Below, in pieces: positions 56,949 through 64,000 of a DNA stretch of 64,000 bases (its first letter is position 1; each line of letters begins with the position of its first letter). Below the pieces are notes generated by a model that saw nothing but the letters and a program-made list of their open reading frames with translations, made no database searches and had not been told where the DNA came from. The stretch spans positions 1-64,000 of the forward strand of contig JAUCBJ010007504.1 in the NCBI GenBank assembly GCA_032718475.1. The letters are read 5' to 3'. A program made the translations under genes and the position numbers. The DNA is from Nemertoderma westbladi (lineage: Eukaryota; Animalia; Xenacoelomorpha).

Positions 56949-59900
56949 TCACTTTCTTGAGGAATGTTTCTGTTTATTCAGATTATATAGTGCTAGAATA
57001 ATGCACTCGATCAGACGCTTCTGTAACGGCCAATACTTAAATTGGTGACACATATCACTAATACATTCGTCATTAATCGCAATATTTGAAAATTCTTCTC
57101 CATTCGTGAGTAGCTGGAATGAGTGACTTACTTTCGATTCCAATGATTTATATCCATGGACTTTCACTGTTAATTCAGGAAGTATTTCCCAGCATTCATG
57201 CAAAAAGGTGTTACTAGTACTTGAAGAACCCATCATGTTCCACATGTTTGCCAATCCATTGAAAGTTTTATAAAACACATCCTTTGAGGTTTCAGGAGGC
57301 TTGAATAACTGAACCATATCTTTAGCGAGAAATCGTTGCCATATATTAGCAGGATGAAGGTTTCGACATAAAATAAGCGAAAACTTTGACTTTCGTAGAT
57401 GCAAACTCTCAGAACTTTCACAGGAATGAATTTGGTGGATAAAATTCGTAGGAAATATTTCCAACCAGGTCGATACCCGCTTCTCAAGTGGTACCTCCTT
57501 GGCAAAATTTTGAGCACTCATATCAGTAATATCACCGTGTGTGAGCTGAATATATGGAGTGTCAAATAGAAGCACCCGTTCTATTAATGTTGGGCTAGCA
57601 GGCCTCCAGTTTAAAATTGAGACGATAGTCCATTTTGGGCCAGGTGCAAGAACTGTCAATCTGACATCACCAAGTTGGAACAATGTCAGCTGCCGATGTA
57701 CTTCAACAATATGGGCAGAGTCACTATGACGCGTATCTGGAACTAGAATTGAATAAAGTCCATGAAGCATGGCATCTCCTATATCGTCAAACTTACTGAT
57801 ATTGGCTTCTTTATACCAGTTAATAACATTTAATGACACATTAAGTTCATTGGAAAACTTCATAGAGTTCCCTGACATCAATGATTTTGCAAGTTTAGAT
57901 GTCTGCTGTTTGCGCATTAGTCGGTCCTTCCTCCTAGCAGCTTCTGCTTCCTTCTCCGTATTGAATTTATCAGCGTAATTTGGCCTCCGAACAAAGAGAT
58001 TGAGGGCAAGTCCTTTGACAATCTTTGGCAAATGCGCTAAAGGTCCTCTTGATGCATGGAGTAAAAATCCCGCACTGTGATGTACACGAAGTGAATTATT
58101 AGCAAGTCTAAATGGAGATTGAGTGTCAAGGAACTTCCTGAGACCATCGACTAATCTCTTCGTTATCCATTTCAGTTCAGCATTATCTGGAAACTGTTCT
58201 ATCGAAATCGATAACACATCACATACTGGTAAAGAGTTTTCTTCCAGTTGATTACATGTTAAGGCTGTTAATAGACGGCAGTCTGAATTAAACAGGATCT
58301 CAATAAGAGTTGAGTCTGAGGTATGTTTATAAACTTGATGTATGAGATTCACTTTTGCACAAAAGACAAGTTCCGGAGATGACTTTGTTTTGCTGTGCCA
58401 GATTGCAATTCCCATATTAACTGTACCTGGATCGATGCCGACAGACCTGATTGATTTCAGATTTAGATTTTGGTTAATATTGTTGTCTAGTTGGCGGGAA
58501 TAAATGGGTATAGTCAATATCGCTTCTCCCATTCCAAAGCGTTTAGTAAAAGCTTTGCTGTTTTCAATTAAGACAAGCTCTTCACGGTTCCTTTTTAAAT
58601 CCATTTTCGATGTTCCAAGCTTCAAAAAAGTTTCTTGAGAAAAGGGTTCAGGATATAGATTGCTACAGCCATCAGCGCGCGTGAAGGATACTTGGACAAG
58701 CTGGCTCAGCATACTCAAATTGCTTCGGGCGAGTTCATCAGCATTCAAATTGATATACACTGGACGACCTGGATATTCCTTACTTTGAGATTTATGCACC
58801 GTGATGGCATGATTCGGAACGAAAGGAAATTGTGTCCGTGTGATCTTTTCCGCATATCTTCTGCGACGTTTGCCAGTGAGCCTGCTAGACATGGGGAAAA
58901 TTCGAACCCATGTAGGATGATCCGGAAAATCGGACTCCAAGCCATCCTCAATATCATATGATGGTATATCTACAACGACATGGTTAGGTTGTGGATGCTC
59001 ACCGCGCATAACAGCATCACAGTCTGATCTTCCGTACACTATTTTCTTAATAGTCCCAGTGCCACCATTGATAATTCTTTTTTTGACACTAATGTTGTCT
59101 ACAAATAGTACATCCAACCCAATATATAATGGAATGCAGTGTTCAACCATTATATCAAAATCTGATGGTGAAATCTTCTCCACATTAGCAAGGTTATGAT
59201 TATAGTTGGCAATTGATAAGAATAACGGAACATTGTGGAAGCAAATCTCATCTACACAAGCTCGCGCATTTCTAAACATTCTTGTACTATTATCATACAG
59301 TAGTGATACAGGTTCAATTCCTAAATTATGTCGCGTGGGGTGGGTACCCAGTGTGTTCATTGCCTTAAAAACTTCACAATAGTCTGTTAATGTTTGATCT
59401 CCTGTGCGTATTCGCCCCGCAATACTAGCTAGTTGGCTATCGGATCGATACACATTATTCAAACATATGACATTTGGTCGTATCTCCGTTTGGTAAAGTT
59501 TATGGCCTAAATGAGATGGTGCCTTAGCTCTGGCTCCTCGACTAGGAGGAGTTGTATCCAACAGGTTCGGTGGCGAATCCCAAAGTGCGCGGGATAACAC
59601 TGGTGGGAGTTGGCCAATGTCACCAACAAACATCGCTTTTTTGCCACCCCACAGCTGACCATACTTTCCTGTCGCATGTTGTAAAGAACTGTCCAACAGT
59701 GCTAAGGTTACTGGTGATGCCATTGAAATTTCATCTACAATGACTACTTTAACATCTTGTAGGAACTCTTTGATTTGGGTCTGTCGATTGGATATTTTGC
59801 TAGGATTGTTGTCCCATAAAGTTTTACCATTATAGATACCATAAAAACCCTCTAAGGTGGAGCAATGGAGGTTTGCAGCTGCCACTCCACTAATACCATG

Positions 59901-62900
59901 AAGTAAAACCTTTGATTCACCCAGTATATGATATATCCGTTTTATGACTTCAGTCTTACCTGATCCACCGGGCCCATGTAAGAAGAGCGTTTTCACGGAA
60001 GGCACACCATTAACCTCATCATTACACATCAAATCGACAGCAAGCTGTTGATATGGATCCAAAATACGTAATCCACCTTCATCACGAGAAGGACCGCCCA
60101 TAAATGTCTTTGAAGAATTTTGCAATTCCTTCCATGATGATAATACTGCAGAATACTCTGTGGAATTAATATCTATTGAATCAAAGGAAGATATAGGTCT
60201 ACAGGGAATTTCATCAATGCATGTGCGTAATATATTTTCAGGCTCTATATAGGAATCACAATCAAAATCATTGCTGAGCAATTTACTCAATGAAATCTTC
60301 TCTATTTCTAAGTTTTCTAATGTTGGATCCTGAAGAGCACCACTAGTATCACCTTCATCACAACCATAAGATTCATGTTCTATTTCTAGAGGGACGCAGT
60401 TGAATTGAGATTTTATCTTTGTAATATACTTTGAATGTTCACTCTCCGATTTGAAGGTATTTTGGAAGACCCGAAAACGAAAACAAGGATCATTACATTT
60501 GACTGATATCTGAAATTCTTCGGTTTGATTTAATGTTGACCTGCTGCGCTCAGATAGGTTCTGCATCCACATCTCGTAAAACCTTTGGTATGCCATTATT
60601 ACATCCTTCCTTCCAGATTTGATATCATCCTGTAGAATCTCATCAATAAATATGCTTAAAGAAGTAAAAGGAAAAAACGCAATACATTCTAGCCGCAGGT
60701 TCTGTAGTGCACGCTTGTCATCAGAATTTAGAGAACTCCATGTCGATCCTTGCAAAGCATTTAATTTTTCAGGACGATCTGAAAACTGTTGGGGCACAAT
60801 GTGTGGAACTCTAGGAAAATTTGAATTAACTCTCTTGTATATAAAAATGTCATCTTTCTTATTATATGAACAATTTACTGTTCGGAGGAAATCGAAGTAA
60901 CTCATACTTTCAGGTGACTCTAAAGTTGATGACCAATTCACATTAGAATTTGTTCTATTTAAATAAAATTTCAAATTTGACTTAGCTGGTACAATGAATA
61001 TGTTTGTAACTTTGTAAATATCGGCGTTGTTGGTCTCTAAATTACTGCTATCTTCAGTGTCGGATATTCTATCGCAAATTATTGTTTCGATAGTATTTGT
61101 ATCTCGAGTTATACTTGCTACAATTGGTGATGTTTGACTGCACTTCAATGGCAGTATGCGAGGCATGCATGATATAGTGTCTGGGAGATCAAGAGAATGG
61201 AATAACAGCTCCCTTCTAGTCATGTCCTTGGGATTAAATATATGTGCAATAGTTAATCGGCGAACAATGCTCTGTATGGTTATATCAGGTTCGCTCTCAA
61301 CCAGTTGCATGAGTTTTACAACTGCAGCATCAACTGATGATGATAGTGATGTCGACTTGGCAGCATATTTAACTGCATATCTTATAACGGAAAAAGGGCA
61401 ACTGATTACTGTTAAATCGGTGTTAGCCCGCCAGTATTGTTGAAGGATGGGGTTAATATTATTTAGTCTAGCAAATGACTTATGTTCTCTCTTCGTTAAA
61501 ACATGACATTCCGTAAATTCCATTGTTGCAGTTACTTTTGAAAATCCAATTTTTGTAGAGTCCCGCCGTGGCTTCATTCCTCCATGGCGACAACCATCTC
61601 CACTGGAATTACCTCCACAAGTTTCTTGGTGGCAGTCATGGATTTGTGCTAATGCAGCTTGATGAGATCTATCTTTCCATTCGGGGTTACACAAGTCTTG
61701 ATGGTTAATGGGATCTCGCATCAGAGGGTGATTATATGGAGTATATTGATCTTTTGGGGGAAGTTTGCGCCATTCCTTTAAAATCTGCCTGAGATCTACT
61801 AGAGTTTCGTTTTCATCTGCAAAATTAGTAGTTATTAAACTATCATATAGATTTGTCAAATAGACCTCAGCTAATGTACCAACGTGTAATATTCTAGTTG
61901 CCTTATTTCTGAAGCTCTCTTTCATTTTCCCTTCTGCCCACCATTTCTTCACAGTTCGTGCACGATGAATAAGATGAGATAACAAGATTGGTTCGTATAC
62001 ATGATTGAGGCGAAGAAGAAAGTGCCAATGCTGCACACCACGGGAAGGTCCCCATTCAACGCGGCCCCAATACCATCCAGAAGTAGCATCGACATCACAG
62101 ACACGCTGAAAAAAGGCCTTTGCCATGATCTTCATCTTCATGTGAAGGTACTGTTCCACAATAGCTGCATGCTTATTTAAAAGATTGTTCCACTCTGTTC
62201 TATTTATAATGAACCAATCTGATGAGAACTGATCATTGTTACCATTATTCTCACATAAGAATATGAGTCGCCTAACTCCATAATCTGTTCTCAGATTATT
62301 ATTAAATGTCACGAAGACATTCGGAAATCCAGATGTCATGCATAACGATTGTAATTGCATGCGTATAGATTTCCATCGCTCACAGGAGTGTGGGTATCGT
62401 CGCAAATGGGCGACTAGTAGTGGTGCAACCGACTCGGGATGTCCACGATTGAAAGCCAAAAGAAGATCATTGATTCTAATATTCTCAATCTCAGCCTCAC
62501 TATGCAAATAGAATCTTATACCATCCATTGCCGTAGTAAGATTAAGTTGATCGTAAACTACGAAAGAATAAATATCATCTTCGGCATAAGGCCATCTAAA
62601 TCGGCCATCATTTTCCTTTACAGCATATTTAAGCTGGTGACTCAACGTTTTCTTAAGTATATCCAAATGTGTGCGATGTGATTTACCATTGTCATCCTCA
62701 GTGAACAGAATATCAGTGATAGAGGTTTGTTTATCACCATGTAGATCTGGAAATTGATCCTGAATGCGCCAGTTGTGTGAGGACACTTTATTCTCCCACA
62801 TTGAAGTGACATCAATGTGTTGCGGATTTCCAGATAATTGCGACTCCACAGCTTGCCGAATTCCAGTTTGAATATACCCACTCAGACTCTCATTGGTACG

Positions 62901-64000
62901 GAATAGGTTATGAGCAGTGCTATCAGATTGTGCATACATGTCATCCTGCACTTCCCGCACAGTGCAAACTATGTCTTCATCTTCAAGAGTCAATGGTTCT
63001 GTACATACACGATTAAACTCTTCCACTAAATGTAGCAACTCCTCATCAGATACAACATGAGTGTAACAACTTCTTTGATTGACGAGATGATGAACCCATA
63101 ATTTAACAACATTACTCCGCACTTTCATTCTCTTGATGATTTTATCTTTATCATCTTTTGCAACAACTACAACGTGACTGGAAAATTCTGTATGTGGAAT
63201 AACATTTTCCAGTGTTTGCTTTAAGTTATGGCTTACTACTATGCTATGACAACCAAAACGCGGGCCTCCTGCAAAGTCAAATTTTACGCTGGTGAAAGCT
63301 TGCTGCTTGGAAATCATACACCGCTCAGCTGGTGAACATTTTGGTAAGTGACCAATGTTTGATTGATATTCAGCAGGAACCATTGTTGTAGATAAGGCAA
63401 TATCTCGGTGATCTGGTTTCTGAGTTTTCCTTTTCATCCTTGACTTACATGTTGAACATTGATTATTGGTATATTCCTTGGAAGGTCGAACTGTAATTTC
63501 GTGGCAAACTTCGCATTGCTTTAAGCACCAATCTGTACTCCATTGCCTTACAGCATCCCCCATTACATATTTTACAAAAGCCGAATCCTGCCTCTGAATT
63601 ATCTGAGCTTGATTCCGTTGATCCTTTTCAAGAAATTCAAGATGTTTTCGAATGCGCTGATCCCAGGGCCACAAGGGTATCTGCATTTTTTTAGAATCAT
63701 CCTTACAGCGCGCTAATTCAATCTGGAAATTCTCTACCTCTACTGGATTAGCATCTACATTACACATTTCAAGCTCTATGTCAGTATCAACTGATTTAAC
63801 TCCCCAGTTATCTAAAGTACATTTTAACAAACTTAGTTCTTTATCAAGTTCCAAATAGAAGGGACATGATGTACAAAATTTAGTTCTCTCTTCCCATGAA
63901 GCTGGACCCTTTGCAGACTCTGTTCCATTATTTTGTCTTTGTCTTTGACTTTGCTTCGAGTGTCGATCAGTAGTTCGTTTTTTTTCCCGCACTGTTTGAG
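56949..64000 (-). CDS. Helitron/Helentron-type Rep-Pif1 helicase fused to a RuvC/A22-like resolvase; N-terminus probably beyond window
   Basis: Rep motifs VFVTF (~62310), EWGPSRGVQHWH (~62020-62060), YAVKY (~61370); SF1B helicase GPGGSGKT (~59960), IVDEISM, GDIGQLPPV, VYR, AITVHKSQ, VSFTR; C-terminal IDPG / IEQ / RK / KFDDIGD; frame is open to the window edge. Confidence 0.9.
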   Translation of the reverse strand, partial: QTVREKKRTTDRHSKQSQRQRQNNGTESAKGPASWEERTKFCTSCPFYLELDKELSLLKCTLDNWGVKSVDTDIELEMCNVDANPVEVENFQIELARCKDDSKKMQIPLWPWDQRIRKHLEFLEKDQRNQAQIIQRQDSAFVKYVMGDAVRQWSTDWCLKQCEVCHEITVRPSKEYTNNQCSTCKSRMKRKTQKPDHRDIALSTTMVPAEYQSNIGHLPKCSPAERCMISKQQAFTSVKFDFAGGPRFGCHSIVVSHNLKQTLENVIPHTEFSSHVVVVAKDDKDKIIKRMKVRSNVVKLWVHHLVNQRSCYTHVVSDEELLHLVEEFNRVCTEPLTLEDEDIVCTVREVQDDMYAQSDSTAHNLFRTNESLSGYIQTGIRQAVESQLSGNPQHIDVTSMWENKVSSHNWRIQDQFPDLHGDKQTSITDILFTEDDNGKSHRTHLDILKKTLSHQLKYAVKENDGRFRWPYAEDDIYSFVVYDQLNLTTAMDGIRFYLHSEAEIENIRINDLLLAFNRGHPESVAPLLVAHLRRYPHSCERWKSIRMQLQSLCMTSGFPNVFVTFNNNLRTDYGVRRLIFLCENNGNNDQFSSDWFIINRTEWNNLLNKHAAIVEQYLHMKMKIMAKAFFQRVCDVDATSGWYWGRVEWGPSRGVQHWHFLLRLNHVYEPILLSHLIHRARTVKKWWAEGKMKESFRNKATRILHVGTLAEVYLTNLYDSLITTNFADENETLVDLRQILKEWRKLPPKDQYTPYNHPLMRDPINHQDLCNPEWKDRSHQAALAQIHDCHQETCGGNSSGDGCRHGGMKPRRDSTKIGFSKVTATMEFTECHVLTKREHKSFARLNNINPILQQYWRANTDLTVISCPFSVIRYAVKYAAKSTSLSSSVDAAVVKLMQLVESEPDITIQSIVRRLTIAHIFNPKDMTRRELLFHSLDLPDTISCMPRILPLKCSQTSPIVASITRDTNTIETIICDRISDTEDSSNLETNNADIYKVTNIFIVPAKSNLKFYLNRTNSNVNWSSTLESPESMSYFDFLRTVNCSYNKKDDIFIYKRVNSNFPRVPHIVPQQFSDRPEKLNALQGSTWSSLNSDDKRALQNLRLECIAFFPFTSLSIFIDEILQDDIKSGRKDVIMAYQRFYEMWMQNLSERSRSTLNQTEEFQISVKCNDPCFRFRVFQNTFKSESEHSKYITKIKSQFNCVPLEIEHESYGCDEGDTSGALQDPTLENLEIEKISLSKLLSNDFDCDSYIEPENILRTCIDEIPCRPISSFDSIDINSTEYSAVLSSWKELQNSSKTFMGGPSRDEGGLRILDPYQQLAVDLMCNDEVNGVPSVKTLFLHGPGGSGKTEVIKRIYHILGESKVLLHGISGVAAANLHCSTLEGFYGIYNGKTLWDNNPSKISNRQTQIKEFLQDVKVVIVDEISMASPVTLALLDSSLQHATGKYGQLWGGKKAMFVGDIGQLPPVLSRALWDSPPNLLDTTPPSRGARAKAPSHLGHKLYQTEIRPNVICLNNVYRSDSQLASIAGRIRTGDQTLTDYCEVFKAMNTLGTHPTRHNLGIEPVSLLYDNSTRMFRNARACVDEICFHNVPLFLSIANYNHNLANVEKISPSDFDIMVEHCIPLYIGLDVLFVDNISVKKRIINGGTGTIKKIVYGRSDCDAVMRGEHPQPNHVVVDIPSYDIEDGLESDFPDHPTWVRIFPMSSRLTGKRRRRYAEKITRTQFPFVPNHAITVHKSQSKEYPGRPVYINLNADELARSNLSMLSQLVQVSFTRADGCSNLYPEPFSQETFLKLGTSKMDLKRNREELVLIENSKAFTKRFGMGEAILTIPIYSRQLDNNINQNLNLKSIRSVGIDPGTVNMGIAIWHSKTKSSPELVFCAKVNLIHQVYKHTSDSTLIEILFNSDCRLLTALTCNQLEENSLPVCDVLSISIEQFPDNAELKWITKRLVDGLRKFLDTQSPFRLANNSLRVHHSAGFLLHASRGPLAHLPKIVKGLALNLFVRRPNYADKFNTEKEAEAARRKDRLMRKQQTSKLAKSLMSGNSMKFSNELNVSLNVINWYKEANISKFDDIGDAMLHGLYSILVPDTRHSDSAHIVEVHRQLTLFQLGDVRLTVLAPGPKWTIVSILNWRPASPTLIERVLLFDTPYIQLTHGDITDMSAQNFAKEVPLEKRVSTWLEIFPTNFIHQIHSCESSESLHLRKSKFSLILCRNLHPANIWQRFLAKDMVQLFKPPETSKDVFYKTFNGLANMWNMMGSSSTSNTFLHECWEILPELTVKVHGYKSLESKVSHSFQLLTNGEEFSNIAINDECISDMCHQFKYWPLQKRLIECIILALYNLNKQKHSSRK

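Overview
Repeat-dense animal (probably invertebrate) genomic DNA with one clear host gene, a two-exon TRAF6-like gene (358-2922), followed by nested mobile elements. These are: two diverged, head-to-head, 5'-truncated Bel/Pao LTR retrotransposons (3670-15112 minus; 23666-31427 plus); a probable Maverick/Polinton right arm between them (~19270-23665); three copies of one ~1.2 kb LTR family; hAT- and Merlin-type non-autonomous DNA transposons; 80-bp and 67-bp satellites; a CR1/L2-type LINE fragment split by an intact Mag-type Ty3/Gypsy element with apparently identical LTRs; and a >2300-aa Helitron-type Rep-helicase ORF that runs off the window end. Three observations stand out. (1) The Rep-helicase has a C-terminal RuvC/poxvirus-A22-like Holliday-junction resolvase domain, apparently followed by a degenerate second copy. 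(2) Both Bel/Pao copies carry, in the env position, a conserved ORF encoding a DEDDy 3'-5' exonuclease with three CCHC zinc knuckles, followed by a 3' UTR whose stems covary between copies. (3) The Maverick-like arm encodes a membrane-anchored pseudo-dUTPase and a tandem PC4-like protein. All family assignments come from motif recognition by eye; no database searches were run.
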